Assembly: GCF_000203815.1 (NCBI RefSeq)
Contig: NW_004457624.1
Coordinates: 2,994,354 to 3,058,353, forward strand
Direction: 5' to 3'
Source of the DNA: Dictyostelium fasciculatum
Lineage: Eukaryota
Length of the DNA: 64,000 nt
A program made the position numbers and the translations under genes. Numbering within the stretch: the stretch's first letter is position 1; the number at the start of each line of letters is the position of its first letter. The notes beneath the pieces were generated by a model. It was not told the DNA's origin. It ran no database searches and saw nothing but the letters and a program-made list of their open reading frames with translations. Below are positions 35,209 to 49,183 of the stretch, one piece after another.

Positions 35209-38059
35209 TTTTTTAAAAAAAGATAGAGAGTTGTGGAAAATAGTCTGGAATTTGTTTTTGTTTTTTTTTTAGACAAGGGAGAGGCTGGAATGTGAAAAAG
35301 AGAAAAGGGAAAAGGAAAGAAATAATATTAGAAAGAGATAATATTTCTTTTAGAGGGAGATCCGCATCAAAACCAAGTCAAATGTGCAGGCTATAAGTAC
35401 CTTACCTTTTGGTGATCTTTGGAATAATTAAAAAGAAAATCTTTAAATTTGATGATTGGTGGTCAAACGAGTGGTGGTCAAAGTCAAAGAGGAGGGGGGG
35501 GCAATAAGAGGCTTTGCACAAGCGAGCAGTTGTCGTGTCGGTCGGTAGGCAAGGCAAGGCTAGATAGATATTAATAATGAATGTTTCTTTCGGTTTCTTG
35601 TATTGACGAGGAGGTAATTGGTCCGTTGTCTGGTAAAAGGGCAAACAAACGAGTAGAGGAGGGCTGGATAATGTAATTGGAGGGATGGCCAGAGCTCTGA
35701 TTTTAAGAGAAAATCGACGACACACTTGGGAAAGGGATCTCTTTGTGTTGTATCAACAGGCTAGGCTGGCTGGCTGGCTGGCGGCTCTCTTCGTTTTTTA
35801 TTGGCAACAAATGAAGTGGTGTTGGGGAGGAGGATGAGGGCGGTCAGTCGACTTTTGTTTGTTTCGGGATGTGGGAAGATCTGATTTTTGTTTTTTTTGT
35901 TTTCAAGACTTCTTAGTGTGTTGTTGCAAAAGTAGAGAAGTGTAAAGTGGGTAGTAGGGTAGTTGTTAATGTTTGTTGTTCTTACTGAAGAGTAGTGAAA
36001 TATTTGCGAGTGTATAAATACTCTTGTTAAAGTGACTCTTTGTTAAAATCTCGGTTTACCTCGAGTGCCAGAGATTACTGTTTTGGGTCACTTATGCTAG
36101 CACATGATGACTATGATCATCAAAATGGAACGGGTGCCTAGCAAGCACTGTAATTGGAAAAACCAGCTTGGCGTTGTTGGGCAACACAAACAAGAGTCGA
36201 GATCAAAAACGGGAACTTTGCAGGTTTTGCCCAATCAAGTAAAACTTGAGCCTGCAGCTTGATTCCATTAAAGGAAACAAAAAGTTTGAAATCCAATTGA
36301 AACGATACTACTCCAGTATGCAACCAAGGGTACCTTTGGCAAGACGAAACTTTCGAAATGATTGATGTTTGATGCATGCTGATTGGGTGATTCTTTCGAC
36401 TATAATAGTGTGTATCTTTCCTTCTCCTCCCTCGCCTTATGATTTTTAAATACCACATATGATCTCTTCTCTCTCTCTCTCTTTTGGAGCCAACACCAAT
36501 CCATCCATCCATCCATCCACATCCTAATCAAATTGATTGATTGATTCCTCTCTCGATCGTGGTTAAACTTGCATCGCAACCAAGTTACACCAATCCTTTT
36601 CGTCTTTAGATTCTATTGTTAGGTTGTTGTTTGTTTTGATTGATTGATTTACTGATTTAACCTCTTAAACACCTATATACGATGTAATCACATTTGAGAT
36701 GGTTGTGGGTGATGGGAGAGGCATGGGTTGGGCTGCCCAACTTGTCGATATCAAATGTGATCATCCATCCCCGTCTTTTGATCAATTGTGTCATCATGAC
36801 TAAAAACAGTTGTTACTATATCTAGTGTGTGTGATCTAATATTAAACTATCTCTTCTCTTCTCTCTATCTCTTCTTAATGATATGACATGTCTTGGGTAT
36901 TAGCTTTTGGAATCTCTCTCTTCATGTGATGTTCAAAAAAAATCAATTTTTTTAATTTTTTGAACCCTCTATCATCTTGTTGGTAGGCTTTACAACCAAG
37001 ATTCCTTCATCACTTTATATATATATATCAAAGAGACAGGAGAATATATAACCATGGTAAGATAACTCTATATGTCAATCACACAAGTTATCATTCATTG
37101 CATTGTTGGTATATGGTGTGTGGACAGGTTCGATCACCGAGCTAGGAGTAAAGATACTACAACACATGCCATCATACGTAACCACCACAATAATAGAAAT
37201 AGATATCTTACAAGAGGAGGAGCATGCATGCAAGAGAGGAGTGTAGTAAACACAATCTATTAATGATGTTGGACAGTTAACAAGGAATAAAACATGATGA
37301 TAACCAATTCGATAGGTAGATTGATGTAACCCCCACTAACTCGACTCAATACACAACACCTTACCTTATATAGGCATTAGTAGCATATGAAAGTCTAATT
37401 GACCCATCAGCATACCCATTCTTTGCTTTCCTTTTTGTAGTCATTGGTTTGTTTGCCTTTTCAACCTTTGCTGTGTAGGTATAATAGATAATAATAGAAT
37501 AGTAATAATAATGGACGGATGGATGAATGGCTTCAACAAAATCACACACATTTAGAGATTTACTTCTTCTTCTTGTCAAGAACACAGTTTATTAATAATC
37601 CATTTGATCAATTCAAACTATAGTTCTGAACTTACCTCAACCAAAAAGAACATTTTCAAGGGATTAACTTTAGCTACTATTGCATCGGCTACTTTGGGAT
37701 TGGGTATTTTCTTTGTATTCTTGGCTGGTGGTATCTATGTTTAAAAGAGATGGAGATTGGTTAAAGATTAAAAAAAAAATAGATATAATAATAATCATGT
37801 ATACAACAAACAAACAACATAAATCACAAGTACTTGCTCATTTCAAACAAAAATAGAGAGAAGAGGAGGGTTTTATATATTAATAATAATTTGTATAAAC
37901 AGCAGTATCGAATAAACTCTCTCTTTTATCCCTCCCCCATCCCAATCAATTAATAATAATTAATAATAATGATAATTAATGGTCTAGCTATTCTATGGAT
38001 TTATCAATTATTTGGATTATTATTATTATTACAAATTTGGAATTTGATTTATTTATTAT

Positions 38060-39163
38060 TTATTCCTTTCCATCACCAAACAAACGATCCAATTTTTGTT
38101 CAAATTTATGATAGTCTAAGAATTTGTAGAGGTCTTCTCTAGACTGCATAATGGGAACAACATTCTTTTGTGTACCATCCTTTTTAATGGATTCATACAC
38201 TTGGAGTGTAGCAGCACTGGCAGCACGGAATGCACTGAGTGGATATAAAACCAAAGATACTCCATGATTGTACAATTCCTCTGCTCCAAATAATTCAGTC
38301 TTTCCAAATTCTGTTATATTTGCTAAAACTAAAATGAGATAGATAGGGGGTGAGTTAGGGATTAATAAGGTTGTTGGATAATTTACATACTTGGTACATT
38401 TGGTAATGCCTTTTTAAAAGCAGCATATTGTGATAATTCAGTTAAAGCTTCTGGGAATAACATATCGGCACCAGCTTCGATATAGGCCTTTGATCTTTCA
38501 ATAGCCTTTTCCAAACCTTCGTTGGCAAGTGCATCGGTACGTGCCATAATAACAAAGTTTGGATCTTTACGTGCACTAACTGCTGTCTTGATTCTATCTA
38601 CCATTTCTTCCAAACTTACAATTTTCTTTAAATCAAAAAAAAAAAAAGAGATTACATTAGTATGTTTGATTGATTGATTGATTGATTGATCACAGTTTAG
38701 TATTTATACCTTGCCTGGACGATGACCACATCTTTTAGCTTGAACTTGATCTTCAATGTGACAACCAGCAGCACCAGCTCTTTCAAACTCTTCAACAGTA
38801 CGAGCAATATTGAATGAACTACCAAAACCAGTATCAGCATCCACAAGCAATGGTAACTTGGTTACTCTAAAAAACAAAAGAGAGAGAGGTATGAGTAACG
38901 TAAACATATATATATATATATAGTGACTGATATGTAGTTATGTACCTTGTAATTCTTCTAATATCTTCAACTACATCATTGATTGTAGTGATACCTAAAT
39001 CAGGTAGACCATAACTAGCAGCAGCAACACCTCCACCAGAGAGATACAAAGCTTGATAACCAGTCTTTTCAGCCAAGATGGCAGAGTAGGCATTGATGGC
39101 ACCTACCACTTGAAGTGGTTTACCATTAGCTACTGCATTTCTAAATAATAATCCTGCGCTCAT
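38060..39163 (-). CDS. prpB: 2-methylisocitrate lyase (PrpB)-like member of the isocitrate lyase/PEP mutase superfamily, 4 exons: complement(join(38060..38328,38391..38625,38710..38866,38946..39163)), about 292 aa
   Basis: The spliced protein aligns along its whole length with bacterial PrpB: [129 protein letters not shown]. Donors are GTACAT, GTATAA and GTATGT; acceptors are ttttAG, taaAG and ttttAG; all phases are consistent. Confidence 0.85.
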
Positions 39164-39753
39164 TATATATATATATAACAGTTATAAAAGATAAATAGAT
39201 AAATAGATAGTTATCTAACAACTAAAGAGAAATGAATGTATTTTGCACTTTGATCATCTTTGGTTGCCTGGTAAAAGATTTTTAAATAAAAAGATAAAAT
39301 TTTTAAAGATAAAAAACAAGAAAGAGCAAGATAGAAAAAGTACACCATCAATATTATTATTCTTACTTATTATTTTTAACACATAGTACTATCATTTATC
39401 TATCTATCTATCTTTACATAGATAAAGTTAGAAACGGTCTTAAACTCGTTTGAAACTTAATGGAAAATAACTTGATAACCTGAGACAGAGGTTATCTCTT
39501 ATAAATTTCCAAAAGATTTTTGGTGTAGATCTTTTGTTTTGGTCTACTATAAACAAGTAACTTCTCTGCTGTAGTGGTAGATAGATACCAGTAACAAATG
39601 CATTTAGTTTAATGCTTCTAGTATATTCTATTTCCGTGACAGATATATGATCATTTAAAAAGTATGTATAGTACTACATTACATACTACTTGGGGTTGTT
39701 TGTACTAATATAATATATTATCATCTTTCTCTCTCTCTCTCTCTCTTTAAATA

Positions 39754-42700
39754 GTGAAAGAAGATTTGGAATATAAATGTTTATTATTCAAGAGATTATT
39801 AAACAATGATAGAGTGTCAAAGGTGATTTGGTTGAATGTACACAAGATATTGGTTCAATATACAAGGAGTTTTAAAAGTGAATATCATCAGATCACTGCA
39901 TACACTCATTATCCGAGGGCAATGCTATTTAAATATCGTGACTATGCTAGTGTTAGATGTCTATCTACACTACTCAATCGGTTTGGATGGGAGCAGATTG
40001 ACAAGTTGTTTGTCAATGATTCAACTCATTTCTTGGATGATACAATGATTGAGGAATTGTCGTATCTGCGACCCGACTATATATACCATCACAGTAATCG
40101 TAATAGTGAATGGGGAAAACAAGTCTACGGGATTATACAATGTGAAGAAGAGGTTCAAAAGGATTATCAAGCATACGTGGACAACCCAAACAATTGGAAA
40201 CATCCAGATACCCTAGAACAAGAGCATCCAACCCAATACTTGATTGATCAAATAAGACAATGTACATTTACCACAAAGTACACCTCAACACAAAAGAAAC
40301 AATACATAACTCAAATACTCAACAACTTTAAAACACCTACAATATCTCAACAACAAAAACAACAATGGACAAAAAGATTTGGTTCAATTGAAACTAAAAG
40401 ATCTCAATCAATTTGTGAACAATTAATAGAATTTTATACAAATCAAATTAATCAAAATAATAATAATAATAATAATAATTTGGATGATACATTGGAAGGA
40501 ATAGGATTATTAAATTTATTTAGATATTATAGTTCACAACATGATAATTTATTGGTAGAGAATACTATAAAGAATTATCCACAATCAGTGGAAGTGTTGG
40601 TAGATGGTTTGGTCGAGTACGAAGACCACTTTTTCTGTCATTTCCATATGTTTGACGTACTTTGTAAAGTGGGTACACTACAACAAGTACAATATCTTGA
40701 TAAAAAGATATCATTGTCACCCACAGACGGCGTACGACAATCAAAGGCATCACACAAAGCAATGGATTGGGCAGCATCTCGACCAGATTCAAAGGCTGCA
40801 TTTGAAATTACAAGATTCCTACACCTAAATCGTGATGAACAATGTACACACCACGCAATACAAGACAACAAAAACACAGAAGTGGTTTTATACCTTATCA
40901 AACACAAACCAGTCCTCCAACACTACTATAGTATCCAGAGTGCCATCATGTCGCTGGATCTGTCGTTGATCAAATTTATGCAAGATCATTATCAATACGT
41001 AGATATAAAGGGACATAGAAACAGCCGACCAGTTGTGATATCTCGTTATCTTGTTGACGAGATGACATCAAGTCTCTCTGATGACAGCCTGTGCTCTATG
41101 ATTACCTATCTCTTTCAACACTTTCAGGAAGAGATTTCTATCTACACCATGTTTGCCTCTGCATGCTGTAATGCTAGAATGTCGGCTGTCAAACTACTCC
41201 ATTCTCTATTTCCTCCCAGTCAAAGCAGTGGTACAGCTCTTGTCAGTGAAAGAGCACGAACTACTATTCTAGATGATGCGTTCTTGGTTGGTGTGGATGA
41301 TGAAATAGTTGATTTTCTCATCCAGAATAGACCAGACGTTCAATTTGGAGAGGATACATGGACCTATATTGGATCAAAAGGTACAATCAACCAATTGGAA
41401 ATGGTTATAAAAGAACATGCAAGTAGGAATAATATTGGATTGGCGGTGGTGGTGGACTTGGATCAAGTTCATCGTATCATATTGACAAATGCAATCAAAT
41501 ATGGTAATATTGATATGATTCAATGGTATCATCAATACCAACGCACCATTTATGATCAATTGATGTTAAAACCCAATATTATTGCACATACTCTATTAAA
41601 TGATAGACCAGATTGGATTGTTGATTTTTATTTAAAAGAAAATCAACCAACTCTCAATACTCTTCATTATCTGTACTATCGATCATTGGTTTCAGGTCGT
41701 GTAGATATTGCCAAAGCTATTGGTGAGCGTTTAGTAGAAGACACTCAACACTTGCAATTATCAGATCGAGAATTGAATCATATATTCATCTCAAGAAAAT
41801 TGGTTTCATTACAATACCTTGCACAAATTGGGTCAATCACTCAATCCATTTTAGAATCTCAACCTTTTATTCTTGCCAATTTTGATTCCATTCAATCAAA
41901 TACAATTAAATTATTTCAACAATTTAATTTAATATTTCCAAGACAAACTATTCATTATAGAGATCAAGATGAAGAAAAAGAAGAAAAAGAAGAAAAAGAA
42001 AATAAGATTCCACCTTTATCAATATCTCAACCAAATCCAACATTATTTTTAAAAATATTTAAAAATAGTTATTTAATTTCAAAAATAATGTCATTTACAC
42101 ATTTACCAAATCAAGAAAGATTGAATTGGAGTAGAATAGAAGAAGCTATTGATATTTTCAATTTATCACCAAAATACTTTAAATTGGTGTACAACAACAT
42201 GTCAACTGGAAAGATTAAAAATATTGATTCAGCATTTATAGAACGTGTCATTACTTGTCGAGACTTGGAAATATACCGATTGTTGTTAGATGACCATCTA
42301 GATACTTTTACATTTGACCATATCGTCACACTGGCAGGATGCTATGACATTCAAATGTTGGATATGCTAATGTTGGCACTTGACCGTCAAAAGAAACATT
42401 TAGAAAGATCAAAAGGAACGAGACAATTTGGTTGGATATCATATGACGCACAGGTGTTTACATACATGATATTCGCTCGATACAAGTACTGTGACATATC
42501 GGATTTATTTTCTGGATGCACTATCACCAAAAAGTACACTCCAAAACCTGTCATTGCCAAGAACAAAATACTACGCGAGTTTGATCAGTCGAGTTTTAAC
42601 CAGTGTCGAGCAAGTTTGGAAATAGGAGAGATGTTTAAATCGGCACTGCCTATGCTCAGCCTCGAGGAACTCATCATAGTGGCACACGATCCTCGCTTAA

Positions 42701-44020
42701 ATACACTCATGACCACCCGAAACAACCATCAAATGAAGAGTTTTGATAGTTCTCGCAATCAAAACAAAAAAAGAGTTGATTCGATTCTATCACCTCAACA
42801 TCAAAGACATTCGTTATGCACTGAAATTTTTAGATAAATCATCGTTCCCGTCGATACACGCCAAAACGATCCTCCACCTAGTCAGCAATCAAATACCACC
42901 CGCTGCTCAGCATCTATTGACTCCTCCGTATTCCCACCTAGTCAATTCTCATAAATGGAATGAACCAGATCTCAGTGTATACATTGATACATATGGTCTT
43001 CCAGACCCCGACACTCCACTCTTGATCGATCACACAGAGCTCACTGAAAACATGCGTCAAGTCGAGCCGTCATACTATGAACTAAACATACACGTGGATT
43101 GGAGCAACTACTCTCACGACTTGTTCTTTTCCAATAATATCGCTCCCTTTTACGCATATACTGGTATGACTTGGCATAAATTGGTCATGTCATCTCCCTA
43201 TTGTGATGGGTTTGAAAGAATATTTTCTTATTTGTACCCAATCCATTATCAAGACAAGGTCGACAAGTTATTACAACAATTCAACAACAATCAGAATGTG
43301 GAATTGACAGAGGAGGATAAAAAGTTTATCTTTACTCTGCCAAGAGTAGACCCAAGTTTAAATGTCGATCAAATGTACAATTTCACAAAGTTGGTATTAC
43401 TCTACACAAATCAATCACTTCAACAAGAAGAATTGGAGATTGATGAGGGTAGTACTGAGGAGTTTTGGGGGTCTTTGGCCCATGACGCTGGTAACAGATA
43501 TATTCAGCCAATGGGGTTCTATTTCCCAACCTATGCCATTTTCCTCTTGGAGACTATTAAATCGGATTGTCCAGTAATAGCAGACTATCTATTTAACCAG
43601 AGAGAAGATGTTGAAGCCCAAGTAAGAGTACAGATTGAAAATATTAGAGGTCATATCAACCAAGTTTTCAAAATCATTCTATATATTGGTACACCCGATC
43701 AATTTGAAGTGATTAGACAAGCATCATTGGAAGGTGCACAACTATTAAAAGCATTTTTCAACAAATCAACAACTCCCAACTGCATAGATATGGAACCTTC
43801 AATGTTGGAATATGTCATTTCCAAGATGGACAAGATTAATTTAGCCACTTATTTACTATCCGTTACCAATGCCACTCCCATTCAATATTCAACTCTTAAA
43901 AATCTTTGGATATCAACTTTTCCCAATGGAGCCCACTCTGGTTTCTTGCCTAAATTTAAACCTATCAATTATTCTTTAATTCAAATTTATAAACAAGATA
44001 AAGAATTTTATAATAAATAA
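39754..44020 (+). CDS. large ankyrin-like-repeat protein, interrupted: a 1027-aa ORF (39754..42837) and a 425-aa ORF (42743..44020) overlap in different frames at an A7 run (about 42765-42771). Either a pseudogene or a single gene with an error or frameshift. The 5' exon was not found
   Basis: Both ORFs are non-low-complexity and of similar character (NAIKYGNIDMIQWYHQ-type helical repeats). Frame A and frame B are both open across caaaacaaaaaaagag; a 1-nt change in the A7 run would fuse them into about 1450 aa. 39754 follows an acceptor-like site (ctctctttaaatAG|TGAAAG) with no in-frame ATG nearby, so at least one upstream exon is missing. Confidence 0.5.
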
Positions 44021-44095
44021 AATAAATAAAATAAATAGATAAATATTTTGAAAAAATGAATAAATAAATAATATTATTTATTTTGTTTGCCTCTT

Positions 44096-45925
44096 TTATT
44101 TTCTTGATTTCTTTAAATTTGATCCTTCTATTTGTTGTTTTTGTTTCTTTTTATTCTTTCTAGTCTGATATTGTTGTTGTTCAATATTAATATTATCATT
44201 TTCAGTTAATCCCAATTCTTTTTCTTTTTTTAATTTATATTGATTTTTAACAAATAGGAATAATCTATTATAGGTTGAATCTGATTTAATATTTTTCCAA
44301 GTACCAACCAATTTAACGTCTATTTGGTAACCAGAATGATAGAGATATAAAAACATCTCCATGTGAAATCCATTAATTAATCTTTCCATAAATGATTTTT
44401 GGTCAATGGCAAGATAATATTTTTTTAAACTTGTCGTGGAAACTAGTTGCCCTTGTTGATTTAGGAAATAGTGGAGCATGTCTACTTGTCCTGATTTGAT
44501 CATCTCGGGCAGCATTTGTTTGAGTGAATATTGTTTGGGGTACTCTGTCATCATATATTTGATGATTTGAATACTTCCACTCTTGAGGGCACTGTCTAGA
44601 TTATATACTATCCATTTTGGATGCCTAGAGTGAACGTATTTGAGATAATCCAGTCCTGTGCATCCATTGGTCATGACTAGTTTTTGAATCCTTTGACTTT
44701 CCTTTTCCTCTTTGATGTAGAGGTTGTAAAGTAGTCTTGACTGACACCTAGCAATCACTTCAATATCCGTTGACCATGTCACAGGTCTCAATTGATTGAT
44801 TCCGGTTTCGTGGCCCAAGAAACCAAGTTGTTGGGCGAGTTGGATGACTGGTTGGACGAATCGATGATTCCAGTTGTTTGATACAATAGATACTGCCGAT
44901 TCGACCGAGGTCAAATGTGGTTTGATCATGTTGATATCCTCTTCTTGAAATGCAAATTACAGTGGGTTGAATGTCGGGACTTTGGTTGGAGGACAAAAGT
45001 CAAAGCGTTCTGCGAGTTGTACGGGTGTAACAACTTGAGATAGATAAATATACACTTGTTCACTTTTGATGGTGTATGGCGTAAAACTATTGAGAGGGAT
45101 GGGATAGTCGTTGTCACGCATCAACATGATGACAGATACCGCATCACTGTCCTCTCTCATCATTGCATACTCCATTGCCTGCTCTCTCTCGCCGCTAAAC
45201 ATTTGAATGACGGTTGGCAAGTCCTCCAACCTGACATGCTTGAATATCCTATACGAAGTGAATGCATTGGTACCTGTATTCATCGCATCCATTGTCTTTT
45301 CAATATGAATCTGTTGATCTTCCATTTCCAACTCTAGCATTTCAGTTATACCCAATCCTTGTAACATCATCTTTCCTTTTAGGTATCTATTAATATACGA
45401 CAAATTGTTTAGTTGGTGAGGATGTCTAACTAGGAAATCATCCAAAGCTAATTCCAACGAATCAAGGTATTGATTATACTCGATGCTGGTCGATCGATAA
45501 TTTGCCTTTAACCATTTAGCAGCTTTAATCATTCCAAATGATATTGGTACCAATTTAAACTGACTTGTCATTTCATCAATTGGAAACATGATACGATGAT
45601 CAATTAGAAATTGTAGTACATGTTGATGTCCGTGTTTGAGTGCCGATAAATAAGATCCTTCAGTTGACAACTTGATTGGGTGTTCCTGATCGAGTAGTAA
45701 TTTGATGATTTGTAGATTACCAGCTTTACAAGCCGACTGTACCAAGTCACCACCCAAGAATGAGTTTCTCTTTACTTGATAGAGGTATTTGAATTGTTCT
45801 AGATCATCTACACGTCTACATATCATTGCGATTGATTTCTCTGTAAACGGTACATGAATACCTCTCTTTAACTTGTCAATCAATAGGTTGGTGTGTGCCT
45901 GTTGGTCGTGTTTATTTGATAACAT
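44096..45925 (-). CDS. ankyrin-like-repeat protein, interrupted by a single in-frame TAA (44959..44957): a 322-aa ORF (44957..45925) followed 27 nt later, in the same frame, by a 277-aa ORF (44096..44929)
   Basis: ...TFNPL*FAFQEEDINMIKPHLTSV... read on the minus strand. Both halves carry ANK-like helix pairs (ACKAGNLQIIKLLLDQEHP, ALKHGHQHVLQFLIDH, ALKSGSIQIIKYMMTEYP). The 17-nt stretch from the GTAATT after the stop to the next AG is too short to be an intron. Confidence 0.5.
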
Positions 45926-46998
45926 CTGTTCGGCCGTATACCAATGATCGTACCGACTAATTCTCTCTATACAACAACCAACATCTCTTCTCTGTTGATC
46001 ACTTCGATTATGATGTTTAATAGTATCGATTAAAAATCTATTCCTATATATATGTAATAATAATTCCTTTGTTGTCGTCCTAAAATAAATTAATTAACAA
46101 TAATAATATTGATAATCAGTATCTGCGATAGTTTTTCACTATCTATATCTATATCTATATATTTACATTATATTATCGTTACTATCGTGTATTCATTCTA
46201 CATATATATATATATATATATGTATATGTATGTAAGTAACTTTACTAAACCGAAACGAAACAACTACTATTTTTTACATTTTTCTTTTTTGATCAAACTA
46301 TTTAAATTAATAATTATTTATTATTTAATTATTATTAATTACTATCATATTTTGATTGAACAAAACAACAACAATCAACAATAATAACAAAATAATAATT
46401 TATTCATAAGTTCATAACAACCCGAAATCAAGGGAAGATATTTTTCATGAATAATATCTTGGGATTCTTGTTGGCCATCTTTGCTCACAATAAAACTCTA
46501 TCCTCGATCATAGCTTTCTCTTATCTATTACACCCCCTTTTTGTACAAATACATATATAACAATGCAACAATTCGATAGTATGTGTGTTGTGTGCATAGA
46601 TAGATAGATAGAAAGATAGATAGAAGATATATAGATTTCAATATTTTCACTTCTAACTTTTATTCATCACTGTATTTAGACTCATTCAATGAAAGACCCG
46701 CATCCAGTGGTGCTGGTAGACGTGGTGGCTTCCTCCCAACCCCTACTGGTGGTCCAACAATCTATTCACCAGTTGGAAGAAACACCAACTTGGCCATTTA
46801 AATAGTACTTCTTGTCATTCATCACCCCTTTCAAGCAATAAATCAATCAATGATCATGGTGCTTTGTCGTCATCATCTAGTCTCTTGATCCAAGAGAAAA
46901 ATGATATGATTGTTGTTTTGAACACTCTTAAATTCCACTGTCAGTTTGGATGGCTCCCTCCCTGCTTGGTGCTATATATACATATTTGTCAAACCTAT

Positions 46999-49183
46999 TT
47001 AATCCACAAGCTTTAATTTATTTTTTAAATATTTCAATTCATATTCAATACTTTGTTGTTCGATCGTATCCAATGATGAATCATCATCTGCTATGGTGGT
47101 TGATTCAGATGATTGCTGCTGTTGTTTGATTTCATCAAGTCTTTGTGAAAAATGGGTATGTAAACAAATGTACATTTGTGATTCCTGTTCAGAGAGTTGA
47201 GCGGTGATAATCTCCAACTCTTCACCAAGATTACTAATATTGTTTGTATCATGCTCCAAAGAATCCTGTAATTGTGAAAGTGTCTGTCGTTTATCGAGTA
47301 ATTGTTGTTGTTGTTGTTTAATATCATTCAACAAGGCACCAGCCTCTGTGAATTTCTTTGCCTCTTTGGCTGTATTTTTAGCCAATTCCAATTGAGGTAT
47401 CGTTTCATTAATAACATTGATTGCATTCTTTAATACCAATAAATCTTTTTGTTTTGATAATTTAGATGATTGAATAGATTCAACATCAACATTGATTGAT
47501 TTAATTTTTTCATTTAATCTAAATTAAAAAAAAAAAAAAAGAAATAATTAATTAATATTCTTTTCTTTTCGGAATAGTATTATTTAATATTAAATACATA
47601 CTGTTCAATATTTAAATTAAATTGACTTATATCATTATTAATTAATTTAAACTTTTCCTTTTTAGTTTTAATATCTGTGAATGTATTTTGGAATCTATTT
47701 AAAATATCTTGGTTCTCTTGTAGTACTTGGTCGATTTCACGGATGGTATTAAATGATTCCAAATCCTTTGGATGTTTCATTTCAACTAAATTATTTTCAA
47801 GTATATCCAATTCATCCTATAAATTAAATAAATATTTAATACTCCATCATTGCATAGTTGTTATTCTATAGTTTGTTTACTTACAACTAATTGATTAATA
47901 TGATCATCTTTTTCTAGAATATTTTCTTTTTTCTTTTTTAATCTATCATTTTCTTTTGTAAACTTTGATGCTACACTGTCAATCTTTTCATCACATGATT
48001 CAATGTCTCGGTTTGTAGATTCCATTTGTTTCTTTTTTTCTTCAAGTATGAGTAGAATATCATTTATTTCTTGTTGTTGTGATTTCTTTTGATCCAATAA
48101 TTGATTCTTTTCATCGATGAATGGTGATGCTTGTTGATTGATGATTTCTTGCAGTGCAGATTGATCTTTTTCCAATAGATCACGATCCAATTGTAAATGA
48201 CTCTTTTCACGATCGATTGTTTCCTTTTTAACGTTAATGTCATCTTGAAGATTATTGATCTTTTCTTCGACACTATGTTGATAGATTCCCAGTTCTTTGT
48301 CCTTTTCCAATCGAATCGATTCCAATTTCTCTACCAATGAACGTATGGTTTCACGTTGATCTTTGGTTGCATCATAGGTATCGTCACCGTTCATCAAAGC
48401 ATCGAGTGATTTGATTAAATTACGTTGTATTTCTCGGTTTCTTTGAATGACTGATTGCATCTCTACATCCAATTGACTAGCCAAATCATAGTCTTCACGT
48501 TCAACAGCCTCCAACTGTTGTTCTTCAAGTCCCTCTACCTTTTTTATATTATCCAATAATTCTCTATTCAGTTCTTTTCTTTGTTTGTATAGTTTCTTGT
48601 AATCATCTTTTATAACTTCAACTGTGTATCTTAGAATACTATTCTTTTCTTTCCATGTTTGAATTAATTTTGAATTATCATCTATTTCTTCTTCTTCTTC
48701 TACTTGTTTTTGTTCTTCTTGAGTTGTAGTAGGTATCTCTATATTGTTGTTGTTGTTGTTGTTGCTTTCAACTTCAATTGCAGGGTCATTTATCATTTGA
48801 GGTAAAGTATCATTTGATATGATAGGTTGTTGTTGTTGTTGTTGTTGTTGAATGAATACATTTTGGTCTTCTTGTTGTTGTTGTTGTTGAAGAGGATGAG
48901 TAAATGATGATGAATCGAGTTGATTCAAAGACACAGGTGGTTGTTGTTGTTGTTGAGTAGTATGTGTTGCAATTTGTTGTACCGATTGTCTTGGTTGTGC
49001 AGGTTGCTTCTTGACAATATTTAAAGATTGAAACATATCCATCTTTTTTGGTGAGGTTGTTGTCGTAGTTATGATAGGTGTAGTTGCAGGTGTAGTAGGT
49101 TCATTTTGTTGAACACTCGTTGTTGTATCATTATTATTATTATTAGTATTTGCAGGTTTCTTTGTAAATAAACCAGAAAACAT
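46999..49183 (-). CDS. long coiled-coil protein with a Q/T-rich N-terminus, 3 exons: complement(join(46999..47518,47602..47816,47885..49183)), about 677 aa
   Basis: Exon 1 (track ORF 47861..49183) ends ...HINQLVV; GTAAGT donor at 47884..47879; tttatAG acceptor at 47818/47817. Exon 2 (DELDILENNLVEMKHPKDLESFNTIREIDQVLQENQDILNRFQ...NIEQ) has a GTATGT donor at 47601 (phase 2); taatttAG acceptor at 47520/47519. Exon 3 (QLNEKIKSINVDVESIQSSKLSKQKDLLVLKNAINVINETIPQLELAKNTAKEAKKF...) has a continuous heptad character. Confidence 0.65.

Noticed and set aside
38116-38307. 63-aa minus-strand ORF overlapping the last PrpB exon
   Set aside because: It is in an alternative frame of a well-supported conserved exon, so it is spurious.
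44926-45337. Plus-strand ORFs 44926..45117 and 45056..45337
   Set aside because: Antisense to the ankyrin-like minus-strand gene; short and without features.
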